From Nemertoderma westbladi (taxonomy: Eukaryota > Animalia > Xenacoelomorpha), in the NCBI GenBank assembly GCA_032718475.1, contig JAUCBJ010001885.1:1-45407 (forward strand): 45,407 bases of DNA, read 5' to 3'. Shown piece by piece: positions 1-13,029 of this stretch; within the stretch, counting starts at the first letter, position 1, and every line of letters starts with the position of its first letter. The notes under the pieces are model-generated. The model saw nothing but the letters and a program-made list of their open reading frames with translations. It had not been told where the DNA came from and did not search any database. Made by a program: the position numbers and the translations under genes.

Positions 1-163
1 GTTATGTATGTCCTTCTTCGTCTTTTTATTTTGATATTCATTTAAAATTTTTATAGATTGTTTTGTGCTCTCAGTATTCGGTGTTTTATCTGAATAGCAC
101 ATATATTATAGTTAATTTCCATAAATCAAACAAAATATTTATACCAACGATCCTCTTACCAAT

Positions 164-239
164 AGTCTGCAACTGAGAGTCTGCAACTGAGAGTCTGCAA
201 CTGAGAGTCTGCAACTGAGAGTCTGCAACTGAGAGTCTG
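164..239. repeat. 14-bp tandem repeat (AGTCTGCAACTGAG), about 5.4 copies
   Basis: Identical units read directly. Confidence 0.95.
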
Positions 240-505
240 TTTGTTTTGGTTGGTAGAATATTTAATTATTTTGGGAGAATAAGTATTTAATTAATGTACA
301 TTTATTTTGGAAAAATTTGTATTTATTTTGGGGGTTTTGTCATTTATTTTCGTGTGAATAATTGGTTTTGGGGAGCAGTTTTATTTATTTTGGTGTTCAA
401 TAATTGTTTTTGGTGTTTAATGATTTATTTTGGTGTGTGAATAAATTTATTTGGTGTTTAATAATTTTCTATGTGATAACATTATTCAAATTAGTATTGA
501 ATAGC

Positions 506-757
506 CAGATAAGGGGGGAAACTGGACGCAATAAAAATTCATCTATCTCCAGGGGAAATTGGACGCAAATAACAGATTATTACTCTCAAAAATAAAACTG
601 TAATCTGTTCTATTGTGTTTAGTTTATTGTTTTAATACAAACCGTATATATAACATGCCACTGTAACCTGCTCCTTTCCCTAAATTGAAAATTTAACATT
701 GAGGCGGATATTAATACGCCAAGGCGGGCTTTGCGTCCAGTTTTCCCCCTGTCTCTG
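506..757. mobile_element. MITE of about 250 bp with TIRs and a flanking direct repeat
   Basis: AGGGGGGAAACTGGACGCAA (512-531) is the inverse of TTGCGTCCAGTTTTCCCCCT (731-750) with 1 mismatch. Ends are CAG...CTG. TGAATAGC occurs at 498-505 and 756-763, giving a 6-8 bp TSD depending on where the end is set. Confidence 0.75.
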
Positions 758-1984
758 AATAGCATAATAATCGAAGTAAAATAAAGTAATTGATTTCATT
801 TTATAATAATAATATTATAGTATTAACGATTGGAGGACTGTAACTGGCACTGGTGTTTCGCCTACCGGTATCAATTCTAGAACAGGTGATATTTTGTATA
901 TCACATATGCTCGAACCAAGGCATCCTAAACAAAAGGTCATGCAGCCGGAATTTACTAGCTAACTAGAGGAGGGATTACAAAGTAAACACGGTGGAAATT
1001 TGACGTAAATCGAAAAGTTAATTATTTCATGAGAATTAATAAAATTGTCATTTATATTTATCCTCCTCCATACCACACTTACAATATTTCTAAAGTTTAG
1101 AATTTCTAAATGTTCTAGAACATTATCTAGTGTCTGTATTGATTTGGTGTACACTGCAGTATAATTTTATAAAATACCTTTAATATTGTAGATCTTTATA
1201 AAATTTTATTATTCTTATTATTTGAGTTTTGCTCGCAAGGGTGAATTATAACTAAAATATAATTATAAATCTAACAATCTCAATTTTACCAAATATTGGG
1301 AACGATATTATATAAGCACTCCTGGGAATGAGATTAATTAACAAGAGTTAAGCATACCATTTCAACTAGCTTTGCAATATTTATCTATTTCTACGTTAAC
1401 TAATGCCGGGAAATATATTGTGTTTTCAGTTTATCGAGATGATTTGAAAACCTAAGAATTTATTAATTATTATATGATAATTGAATCTAAGTTTAAGTTC
1501 GTTTTGTTTGGTATTTCTGCAATATTATGATTGGAATGTTTAGGTATTATAATGATTGCTAACTCTGCAATGTAAGTGTATTGTGTATATATTTGCTTTA
1601 AATAAATGTTAAGTAAGATTTTATACTTGTTTAAAAAGATATTAGTTACCGGTAGTTTATTTGAAAGGTGATACGGTAAACCCGATACTGGAGGTTATTC
1701 GTTGTTATTGTTTATACTATCTTACTTATGAATAGAAATACGAAATAGATTTTTAAGAAATGCCGAAGGTTTATTTTATTTTATCGGTATTAAGCAGTTC
1801 ATTTACTTTATGTGTGCCTTACAATTGAACACCTCGTTTCTTTCGTGGCTCGCCCCACCATGATATCTTAAATTTATTGAAAGTACTCAGTGCAATTTCT
1901 ATTATTGACCGCTGGGAGGCGTTGCCTTTGCTCTATCGATGGGAATTAAACCTCTGATTCATGTTTGTAGATGAGAAAGAATAA

Positions 1985-2008
1985 TTCAATTCAATTCAAT
2001 TCAATTCA
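1985..2008 (+). repeat. (TTCAA)n microsatellite, possibly a LINE 3' tail
   Basis: About 5 TTCAA units after an A-rich stretch. Confidence 0.6.
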
Positions 2009-2239
2009 TCTTTGTATATTTAACACGAAAAATATATAAACATATATATAATATAATAATATAATATATAAATATAATATACATCACCACCTACCAACAT
2101 AATATTTAATAGCCAAAAGCTTACTTTACAAACACGTTTAATCGTAGATTCTTATCGAGATTGAAATTTATGTGAAGTTCAGATGACCGACCACCTACGC
2201 CACAGGGGAGTGATAAAAGTTACATCAGAGTTAATAATA

Positions 2240-2890
2240 TTATTGACTAAGTTTTTACTAGTTTGCAACCGAACAATAATACTGTACATTAAATTCCGCA
2301 TAACTGCTGCACAATCCGTTAAGTAATTTGAGACCCACATTTGAGAAGCACTAAAGTATTTGGATATATTTAATGTATATATATTGTATATTTATTATAT
2401 ATATATTATATGTATATTTGGGGTATCATTATTATTCTAAATATATATTAAACGTTACCGACAATATATTAATATTTATTCTCTTCAAATTGCACTATAA
2501 TTGACAAGTATATATAAGCTGCTACAAAAAGCTCTAAATAGTGTTACCTTAACTTGAAATCGGCGTTTCAGACTATTTCCTTGGGCGTATAATTTCCTAA
2601 TTTGCCAAACTATATCCTTATCATCACTAAGTGTATCTGTAATAAAGTGGCCTAAATATTTAACAGTTTCACGGAACGGAATTTTTAAGGTACCTGATTT
2701 AAATTCTGGGAAAGACCATTTAGATTGAGATTTTGACCTAATAATCAAAATTGCACTTTTCTTTGCACTAAAGTTAACATCGTAATGAATTGTAAACTGA
2801 ATTGTAAACACTTGTTTAATAAAGACTGCATACCCTTTACAGACGGAGAATTTAATACAAGGTCATCCGCATACATAAGGTGATTAAATA
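2240..2890 (-). pseudogene. Non-LTR retrotransposon reverse transcriptase, C-terminal fragment (degraded)
   Basis: NHLMYADDL (YADD at 2862-2873), then KYLGHFITDTLSDDKDI...KLYAQGN...VKVTLFRAFCSSLY. Frameshifts are present. Confidence 0.85.
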
Positions 2891-3339
2891 TCAATGTTAA
2901 GTATATATTAAGTTGATTTAATTCGACAGATAATGTGATGTGGAATGAGATGTGTTAAGGTTGAACTCAAATATATCTTTCGCATCTTCCAGATCGACGG
3001 TTGTGTCATCTGTGATAGATACCATAGTCCTCAAAAGCACCACCCACCCCAGATAATAGCCTAAAATGTGCATGAAACTCTTCTAGGGTAGGAGATGCAC
3101 TGCTATTATTGTTTATATTTGCGGCATTTTTAAATAATTAACCATATTTTTTATTGTCTACTATCACAGATCATGTCTAAGCTGCAATTTAGTTCACTGT
3201 TAATTTCATCTGACCCCAGAGTATTGCAGAATGCGGCTGAGTTCTTGTCATTCCATTTATCTCTTGTATTATTCTCCTTAAACGAATTCTGCGATACCAC
3301 TGGTGTAGTTGCAATATGATTTTCATAATATGAGAAACC

Positions 3340-3860
3340 TACAGAAATCACACAATGGTTAGAAAATATATTTGGTGCCCTATCGAAAAATTTAGGCCTG
3401 CTCAAATAGCTGCTCCATGCCCCGCAACATAATCAAACGTTGATCGACCATTACTTCCATAAAATGTAAAACTACCCGTATCTTTGTCACTACCAACTCT
3501 ACCATTAAACAAAAGCAATCCGAATGCTTTTCATAATTCCAACAACATATTCCAATAAATGTTAGTCACAGGATCAATATTGTTTCTAACTTTTTGGAAC
3601 CTAAACCTCTCAAAATCAATATCATCACGTTGATATTCATCATGTAATAAATCACATATAGCATGCGAGTCATTCTCAATGAAATCGAATTTGTTCTAGA
3701 ATTTAAGTCACCTATTACTATAATTCTGTATGTTGCGCTGAGCAATCTTATGGCATTTTCAATGGAGCCGAAATTAGATTTAGCATCCTTGGATTGCGAT
3801 GTTGAACCATATGGCGGAATATAAACTGCACACATAATAAACCCATTCATTAGGTACATG
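3340..3860 (-). pseudogene. LINE APE-type endonuclease fragment
   Basis: CAVYIPP, IIVIGDLNSRT (GDxN motif), NGRVGSDKDTGSFTF...STFDY and SNH (SDH-like), spread across frames. Confidence 0.8.
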
Positions 3861-4181
3861 TTCAGATGAACCAATTTTGACCCACAGTAAGTCCTCATAC
3901 TGAGAGTAAGTCGCAAGTGGTCGGCTGGTCGGCTTACATATATCATCATAGGTCTACAATAGACTAGGGTCGTTAAAAGTCATAAGAGTTTATATATAGA
4001 CTATAGGTGGAGCCGACTTGGCCGACAAATTCGACTATTCCAACCACCTCTTGGCCCATATATAAAGGCGACCCAGTCAACTGAGACTAAATTGCAAGTG
4101 GTCGGCTGGTCGGTTTACATATATCATCATAGGCCTACCTTAGATTATATGGAAGGTCGCTAATAGTCGTAAATCCATCCT

Positions 4182-4268
4182 ACTGGCATTAGAAGTAGAG
4201 GAAATCCAGCAAAGTGTCTTACTGATCTAGACTTTGCTGATGACTTATCAGTACTGTTACAATCACTA
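4182..4268 (+). pseudogene. Short RTE-like RT remnant
   Basis: Translates to LTDLDFADDLSVLLQSL (FADD motif). Confidence 0.6.
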
Positions 4269-4767
4269 GATGGCCATTGGTTTTTCCCTTTAGTATTGGG
4301 AGACTTGTAGTTTGTAGATAGTATTTTTATATAATCGGTGAGTTTTTATACACAACTTTTTGATATAATTTTATTTAATATTTCACAATGTTTCTTCGAT
4401 ATCTTTTAATGTTTATAATATTTTATAAACTCTATTGGTTTCGTCATCCAATTTTATAGCACTCTGCGCCTATAGTGTGTGTCATTAATATATTGTATGT
4501 CTGTGTATAGTGCAATCGGAGCACCTCTAATCACAGACATGTCCAATTACATTCTATTGCTACTTGCGATAGACTTCCTGATGTGGCGACATTAAACATT
4601 TGGTGACTACAATGCGATCAATGAATGATACTCGAACTACATAACCATTCACAGACTGGCACCTGTATTATAACCTTTCTTCCATTTGTCTTGTGGGATC
4701 TGTTGGAGATCGCATTATGAAATTCTTCACAAACATTATCTGCAAAGAGATTGCACAATCTAAGATA

Positions 4768-6749
4768 CAGTCGGGGTCTCAAAGCGCATCTGTTCTTTGA
4801 GATTTTCTCAAAGAATTAAAAGTGTCTCAAAATTCTAAAAGTGGTCCAAGAAAATGACAAAGTGTCCTCAAAGATTTCAAAGTAGTACTGTCAGTCATTT
4901 CATACAGTCCTGCCTGAAGCTGGCTATGGTATGGGGTATATTGACTTTGACTATAGGGTAAAATATAAGTAATAAAAACCTCTATGAAACAATAAAGATG
5001 CCTCCAAAAAATACTGCAGTGATAAATATTTGTTACTGAAAGTAAGAATTAAACTTACTGCAGTAATAAAAAATTGTCTTTTTCTGCAGTAACAAATAAT
5101 TTGTTACTGCAGTAGAAATTTGTATTCAATTATTTATTAATATTGATTACTGCAGTATAAATTTTTATTCAATTATTTATTAATTTATAAATATTCATTA
5201 TTGCAGTAATAAATATTTGTTACTGCAGTAATAAATATTTATTACTGCAGTATAAATATTTGTTACTGCAGTAACTAATATTTAATACAGCAGTATTTTT
5301 TGTAGGTATTTTTATTGTTTCATAGAGGATTTTATTAATTTATATTTGGACTCTTTAGAGACGCCATAATTGCGGGCTATCGGAATGTGTTGGTATTTGT
5401 GTCATAGACAGTTTGTCTGTTGCCCTATCTATATTAATGTATAGTGCTAAAACTGTACTGTTTAAATTTGTTAAGCCTACGTGAACGCCGAATACCTTTA
5501 CCAATGCATTTCAATGGTCAACCAGCCATACTTTGCCGCACTGTAAATTGTGTTATACAAAGTAAAGAATAACGATAGAGGCAGGAATAAAGACAAATGA
5601 TTCAAGCGCACTAATTGGCTGTTCCCATAGATGTTTTAGGCATTGTTGGTGCGCAATGCATATGGTCAGAGCGACCGCCCAGTCTGCCAAAATCTATTAT
5701 ATAATCAAATGGTACCACAAGCCAAGCAAAGCATGTGACAGTTCTTTCCGACTCTGCACCTGTTTGTTTGAAGGTCGCCGTCCGTGGGTCGCTACTCGCT
5801 AGCTGTGATTGATAGCTTAAACTGGGAGCCGCTTTGCCAGGAGGCGGTACACATCAATTGAATATGAGGCAAACATTTAAAATATGCTCAAATATAAACG
5901 CCAGCGGCAGGGGATATTTTAATATCTCTATTAAGCTAAAACAACACAAGTTTGTAGCCGTTCTATCGTACTTGAAAGTCGAAAGCCTTTCTTAGTTTTT
6001 AAGAAGGAATTCTCGCGCTCTCGTCAACATAGTTATCATATTAATTAAACAGTTAAGGTAGTACGGTTTGACCTGAGGTGACTAATGAAATGAATAACAA
6101 ATGTTATTACAAGCTTTCTCCCAACAGGGCTTCTTTAGGTCATTATAATGAAACTGCGTATACACAGAGATACTACAGTGCAGTTTCTCTTATATTAATT
6201 GTTAATCTGATATTGTATTATGTTATTAAAATAATCTATCTTGTCAAGCATTAATCTTGTTTCACTAATTATGTTTCATATATTATTTGAATGAATGTTT
6301 TTAGAAAGACTTTAGGGTGCCGTAAATTCAATTTGTACTTGCGACCGAAAACCCATCCCGTAATGACCTCAGGAACCTCAATTTGATAAATTAATGGGAA
6401 TATAGCTTCGATGCAACAACTGGCCAGCTCACAAGTATCACTTTGTTGCCCGCATAATATTGTTCCCCGAGAATGCCTCTGCCTCTCAGTTAACTTACCA
6501 CGAGCTGTCAATCAGGAATACCTCGGAGTTTATTTTCTCAAAGAATTAAAAGTGCCGCAAACTACCTCAAAGTAACATTTCTCAAAGAATTCAAAGTGCC
6601 TAAAAGCAGGAAATCACTTTGAGATTCCCAACTAAAAGTGTCTACAAGAATTCAAAGCGGCCGTTGGGAGTAATGTAATGACTTTTAGACACTTTTAGAA
6701 AAACTTTGAGAAAATCTCAAAGAACAGATGCACTTTGAGACCCCGACTG
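4768..6749. mobile_element. Non-autonomous Tc1/mariner-type DNA transposon, about 2 kb
   Basis: TIRs of about 46 bp (CAGTCGGGGTCTCAAAG[C/T]GCATCTGTTCTTTGAGATTTTCTCAAAG). TA TSD at 4766-4767 and 6750-6751. No transposase ORF. Confidence 0.9.
4960..5346. mobile_element. Nested foldback/MITE with internal TTACTGCAGTAA-type repeats
   Basis: TAAAAACCTCTATGAAACAATAAA (about 4973) is inverted at about 5311-5334. Many ACTGCAGT palindromic units lie inside. Confidence 0.7.
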
Positions 6750-6919
6750 TACATGATTTACCGTGTTTGCTGCAAGAAGGCCATGAGGGAAATTATACAG
6801 TTATAAAAGTTATACAATGTGGTGCTGAATGGTATATATATATAACTTGCAGATAGTCATTATACAAGCAGAGATACAGATACACGGGCTAGTTGGATAT
6901 GCGGTTCTTATGTAAACCT

Positions 6920-8112
6920 AAAAACAACACAACGTGGGAGGATCCTTCGTGAGGATTCTCCCACACCGGGCGTAGGCGTTCCAACATTAGTATATAGAAA
7001 GTGGAGCTTACTCGGGGCGTTTTACAACTTCCTAGGAATTATATTCTCTGAAATTTGCCACGTTTGTAGTTTTTGTTATTCTAAGAATTTTGTACGGTTT
7101 TGTTTTTTCAATTTAGTTTTCCAACATTTCCAAATTGGCCACCAAATGTGGATTTTTGCCCCAATTTGGAAACTTCTAGCACTAAATGATTAAATTCGGA
7201 GTGAAGGCGACTGAAATCTTCAAATGTTCTTCAGAGACTTTGTGCGCGGATAAATTTGCAAGTTTCATTAAAAAATTTCGTTTAGCCAAATTTGGCCATT
7301 TTGGCCACATTTTAATTTTACCCAAAAATTATCAAAATGGTAAATTTTTACATTGTTTTCTCGTTATCACCAAAGCAGCTTGGCCATTTCGATTGAAACT
7401 CATACCAAATACATATCCAATACAGTTGTTCATCGGGTCAAAATATTGGCCAAAAATATTGAACAGTATGCCAATAATTTAACTTTTGGCCAATTTTGGG
7501 CCAAATTTGGATATTTTTGACAATTTTTAAATCGTTATAACTCTGTATCTTTAGGTGGGTGGGAGGGTACGTGTAAGTAGGTATGTAGGAATGGGTATGT
7601 ACGGTTAACTACAGTCAGTAGGTGTGTAATGATAGATGGGTGGGGGTGGGGGTAAGTTTAGCAACCATTAAGTAGTATTACCACTTCTCAATAAGGTAGA
7701 CAGCTGTATGTTTACAGTATAGAACGGTCGTAAAATAGAGGCGTCCTATTGGATGCTATTTATAGATCCATACCCCTTTTCTTTCCCCCTCTTCCCCCTT
7801 TTCTTACGCGCTCTTACCCCCAGCACAGAGAAGATCTTCCCCCAGCTCCAAAGTAGGCAGGGGGAAGAAGTTCTCTGTGCTGAGGGGGAAGGGAAAGGGA
7901 AAAAGGGGGAAGGAAGACGAAAATATCATGAAGATCAGCTGATTCTATAAGGGAAATAAATACAGTGTCACAATCAGCTGCATCTTTTTGGGGGATTCCC
8001 TAGACTGTAGCTACTATCTAAACTAGGTACACATGTAGTCTATAAAATCTTTAGAAATTGTACACACAGACAGACCTCTATAGTTCCTCTGCCTGCCGCA
8101 AGGGGGTGAATT
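6920..8112 (+). mobile_element. Possible Helentron-associated (DINE-1/HINE-like) non-autonomous element
   Basis: The 3' end has ACACACAGACAGAC, then CTATAG and a short GC stem-loop. The interior has repeated GGCCAAATTT motifs. Boundaries are uncertain. Confidence 0.35.
7773..7916. repeat. Hairpin with polypyrimidine/polypurine outer arms
   Basis: CAGCACAGAGAAGATCTTCCCC (7821-7842) pairs with GGGGAAGAAGTTCTCTGTGCTG (7861-7882). CT-rich and GA-rich flanks extend the stem. Confidence 0.75.
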
Positions 8113-8272
8113 ACTAGCTCGCTAATGGTACTGCTATGCTAAGGTTGACCTGACCTGTGCTGCGCGAAGTCCCCACGTGTTGTAGTGATGATGCGGGATT
8201 CCAACCAACCCAGGAGCAAAAATAAATAAATTGTTTATAAATATAAAGTACCGCCTTTTAATATGAGTATAA

Positions 8273-8476
8273 ACATTATATTCTGCGAATGAATAACATG
8301 ACCTGCATCGGATTTATTTCAAGTACCATAATACATATACTACCGGTAATTATCGCAATTATATATATCTTGGTATACACATTATATTCAGCGAATGAAT
8401 AACAGGACTTGCATAGGAATTATTTCAAGCACCATAATAGATATACTAACTATCGCGATTATTTATATCTTGGTAT
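8273..8476. repeat. Diverged tandem duplication of about 100 bp
   Basis: ACATTATATTC..GCGAATGAATAACA...TATCTTGGTAT occurs twice. Confidence 0.85.
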
Positions 8477-8894
8477 TTAAATACAAGTGATAGATAATAT
8501 GGATAATAAACAGAGAACAATAAGATGAGATGCAAATACCTTCAAAATAATTCTCCTACTACTACACCGAAGTATTTAAAATATAAAAAATACGTATTTA
8601 AAATAATGGTGGAAAAAGTTGGAGTTTTTGTAAAGCAATATTATTGAGAAATATTAGAAGAGTGCCAAATTATGAAGCAAGTCAATAATCTATGTTTTGC
8701 CACCACTTACGGAATTATATTTGATGGAATGAAAGGCAATTATGCAAAAAATTTAATTTCAAAAATTGTAATTTTATACCTTGATATATACATGAAATAT
8801 ATTTTATTTATTTATATATTTACTACTGATATTGGCAATGTGCAATAATCATGAGTATTATTGAAGTCTATGCTCGACAGAGTTGTAAAGAAGT

Positions 8895-10445
8895 TTACTT
8901 GCGCTTGATGGAATCCAACCACTCATCATATGATACCTGCCCCACTTCATATGGGCAGTATATATGCCCAAAATAATGACGATGATAAACATCCCCTCCT
9001 AATAGTGATTGGCATTTATGACATCTGCGAGGTTTGTGAATCTTACGAGTGAAAGGCTCTGTTGTTGATACTTTACGTCTTCGCCAAGCGGTTGTACGGC
9101 TTATAGGTCGATGTTGCACCTGGACAGGACCTAAAATCATGTCTGATTGAGGCTGTTTGCTATCCCACTGATCCTGGGATGGTCGGTCATAGCTCGGCTG
9201 GATATACTTCGAGTGGGAAGGTATAGGGTATGGATATGGGTAGTATGGATTTGGATTGCAGTTTATGTAAGGTGGGTGGAAGGGTAAATATGGTTGAAAA
9301 GGCATTTGTGGAGGGGGTTCTGAAACTGAAGGGGCTGAAGACTTCGATGAATCAACAGTTTCTTTCCTACTCCTGACAGTGGCGTGGCCTCGGGTATCCA
9401 CAGGATCATAGATAGACATTGGTGTGATGGGTTGCTCGATGTTTTTCCTGAGAGGCTGTGGTTCAGGGAGTGGTTCCTCTGCAACATTTGGGGCAGAACT
9501 CTGCAACCCCAAATTTCCTACAAGAGTTTTAGCCTCTTCCCGTCGGTTTTTTTTTTCCCACCACTGCCTGAGGGTTGTTTCGTTGACATTGTAGAGTGTC
9601 AAATTACAATGATCTGTTATTGCAGAGCAATGGGAAATCCGATTCCGCAGTCTTAGGTAATGTTGACACATCAACTTCCAGCGGGATACAGATATCCTCT
9701 TCCCTGAAGATACAATGCGTTTATTTTCAATATATACTTCTCCCAACCTGATGAATATTGCCTGAACCACTCTAATTAGTGCAGGGCTCAAAGCTGGTGG
9801 ACCTCCACAAACTATACAAGTTCGCAAAGTTTCTGCTCCATCTTGTCCACTCATGGCCTTCTTTAATCTGAAACTTGAAGGATGTGAAGGTCGAGTAGAA
9901 GAAACACTCCTTTGGAATTCGATATGTTTCTTATCATACTCATGAAGTTGATTGAACTTCTTCACAATAGCTGTTGCATCAGTTATGCTCACTATCAAAC
10001 TATTTAGTTCTGCCAGATGTTCCGCCAAAGCAACGACACGATCCCAACCAGGAAGGGAGTCTGCATCCGTTGCTCCTCCACTAGTACTGGCACCAACCAT
10101 ATCATCAATGATCACCACATCCTGCAGTACTGTCTGTTCATTGTTACTACCTGGCGGCTCTAAGTTTTCAAAATCAAGATTGCCATCATCATCCAGAAAA
10201 GGGTCAGCAGCATCACATTCGGGAATGTTGGACATAATAAGTCCAATGTCGACTTCATTGAAATCGACATTTTCGAAACCAGCTTCGATCTTAATATCAA
10301 GCTCCTCCTCAGTCATAATGTCTTCGTGGGTTTGGTGGAGAAGATAGTTCACACCGATCCGCTCTCCAGTGTATGGAGATGGCATGGCAAAGGAATCCAA
10401 TAGAGTCTCACCATATAGTTTTTTATGTTTGTCATGTATGATTTT
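8895..10445 (-). pseudogene. C-terminal half of the DUF6729-like DDE transposase gene
   Basis: 501-aa ORF with PSPYTGERIGVNYL, a LYNVNETTLRQWW motif, a Pro-rich linker, SRTTAWRRRK and a terminal CxxC...H..YFG..YCP zinc finger. It continues in frame from the 12994-14841 ORF once 10446-13029 is removed. Confidence 0.75.
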
Positions 10446-10589
10446 TTCCAGGTACTCCTGTTGTCTGTTAATTACTACAAATGCCTGGTCCAGTTTCTTG
10501 TGCTGCAGTTAGAGTTCTAACAGTATCAAAATATGAAAAGATTACGCTATTCCGCTTTCCTCGGCCAGATTGACCCATACTGGCTGTAC

Positions 10590-11829
10590 TGGTGTTTCGC
10601 TCGATCCTGTTTGTGGATGACACGTCATTGGTGTACAGCTCAACAAACATTCGAGATCTAGAAGTTGCACTTAAAGTTGAGATATCCAAGGTTGCGGACT
10701 GGCTCCTTGATATCCGTTTGACACTAAATTAAAAAACGACTGAATACATAGTGTTTTTTAATGGTAACTTAGATTCAAATAATTTCCCAGCTGTATTTGT
10801 CAATTTTTCTAAATTGAAAATTAATTCTGCAGCAAAATACTTAGGACTTTTTATTGATCGTAACTTAAACTGGAAAACACACTCGCAATACGTATTAAGT
10901 AAAATATCGAAATCAATAGGAATAGTGTATAAACTGAGACACATTATTATTTCCTCTACATTACGGGTTTTGTATTTCTATTTGATACACCCATATCTTA
11001 CCTATGGATTAATCGTATGGGGTGCAGCTAAGTCAAACGTGATAAATCCAGTTAAAACAAAAATAAACAAACTACTGCGGGCAATAACTTTCAGTAATTA
11101 TCGTTCATCTGCTAACCCAATTTATAGACGATTAAATATTTTGCCTATTGACTTACTATGCAAATTCCCAGTTTTATCATTTATGTACAATGTTTCGAAA
11201 GGCAAAGTTCCTGAAGCATAAGCTCCCCATTTTATTAAAACATCACCAGTGCACAACTACGGCACAAGATCATTCCTAAAGGATAACTATCACTTAGTGT
11301 CAACACGTTTGGTAGTCGCACAAGATTCACTGCATTATCAGGGACCTTTGTTATGGAACTCCCTTGCTCTTACGATATGCAGAAGTCCATCTAATCCCAT
11401 ATTTATAACAAAATTGAAAAAAATGTTGTTTTCCTTGCTATAAATAAAATAAAACTGCAAAACATAAACATAAATTATAAATTATATAAATGTGATTAAT
11501 ATTTATAGTAATATCTACAGTACATGCGCACATGTTTGTTGAATATCCTTTCAACCATTTTCGGACAATAAATTATTCGTGACATAGATGTCAAAATTTG
11601 ACAGGCTTACTCCCCCCCCCCCCTCCCCCCCTACCCCTCGCCATCATCTCTGTGAACAGGAGCAGCGCTCAACTAGTAGTAATACTATTATGCTGCCTCT
11701 GTCTATATATATTCAATTGCATAATATAATCATATATCATTGTATTATAATGGATATTACATATTACAAATATGTGGAATTTTTTGTCTACAACATAAAT
11801 GGAAATTAAATGATTGATTGATTGATTGA
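10590..11829 (+). mobile_element. 5'-truncated CR1/L2-group LINE (RT C-terminus, 3' UTR, (TGAT)n tail)
   Basis: LFVDDT, KYLGLFIDRNLNWKTH, LIHPYLTYGLIVWG, HNYGTR and GPLLWNSL. Premature stops are present. The tail TGATTGATTGATTGA lies at about 11810-11829. Confidence 0.85.
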
Positions 11830-11834
11830 TGATT

Positions 11835-13029
11835 GGAGTTGTAGTTAATACATCGGAAAACTGGATCCCCAGACCCAGAATAGAAAAGAAACCATCCACA
11901 ATGCCGTCATTTATAAAACGTTTACCTTCCAATGTGTGATAATCGGATGAGTGTGGAGGTACAGTATGAATGCTCTACTGCCTTGTCATCACTGTACCCC
12001 ACGGGTAGTTTGCCGGGGTTCGTCTGCTCAACATCGTCTACACCGCTGTCAGGGGTCATTTCATTTAATTTAAAGTAATCTCAAATGTTGTATTGTTTTA
12101 TTTCTTTTAGTCTCATGTTTATGTTAATATTTGTTGCTTTGGGTTGAGGATTGTTAAAGTGGAATTGATTTGCTTTATTGCAGCCAGATATATCCTTTTT
12201 CTCCAAACACCATCATTACTGAGATCTTCAACAATGATCCTTCAGGGTTCATTTTGTTGATAACCATTTGCTCATCAACTGTATTATCCCCATCTATACT
12301 AACATTTAAGTCTCGGATTATGTACTCTTTTGGTGCTGAGTAGGAGTCAATGTCACATTTAATGGATGGCTGGCTGTCAACATTAAGTTTAGTGAAGGAT
12401 GACTGTGGGTGTATGTCAGGGATTGTCTTGTTTCGGTTTTGAAGTGTACATGGGGGGTGTTTGAACTATTGTATATTGAAAATAACACACCAACTACCCA
12501 TTGTTTGTCTCCCAGTTTTGGGGGTTTTGATAATTGGGAGTTGATCCAATTTCTGAGTTTCCTTTGGTTAGGTCATAGGCTGTATGGTTACCCAGGCCTA
12601 CCCAACCCGGGGTCACCGGAGGAGCTGTGCTGCATAGATCTCCTCAGTGGGGTGGTTCAGGATCGTAATCGGCCCAGAGGGAGGGGAATGCCATGAAACT
12701 TCCATCCGTTGTCTCAGGTTCTTAGTCAGTTCATTACAATCACCCCAGAGCCCCACAACCTCAACAGGATGGCTCCATATCGACGTCGACCCATTGTTGT
12801 TGTCAACCCAAATTCCCTCCAACTCGCTACGATTCGTAGTCGACCCAGCATTGTTGTCAACCCGAATTCCCGCCAATAAGCTAACTTATTTATAGCATAA
12901 TTTATGTCACTTTTACATTTATTTATATAGCAACTTACTTGGCTGCGGGGTTATATGGCCTGACCAGGCAGATGGTGATCTACCAATGGCTGGTCAGGAG
13001 TAGAGTGTTCTCATGTCCACGACAAGCCC
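11835..13029 (-). mobile_element. 5' part of a Ulp1-protease-bearing element (degraded), inserted in the transposase gene
   Basis: PPHSSDYHTLEGKRFINDGIVDGFFSILGLGIQFSDV (about 11850-11960) aligns by eye with LPERNDMKTLECKEWLSDTVVDSFLGLLRKQFPHV at about 19000. The 5' end has a 9-bp stem (CCTGACCAG/CTGGTCAGG). Confidence 0.55.

Noticed and set aside
10446-13029. A genuine intron of the transposase gene
   Set aside because: No convincing GT donor or polypyrimidine-AG acceptor at the junctions, and the content is other mobile elements.
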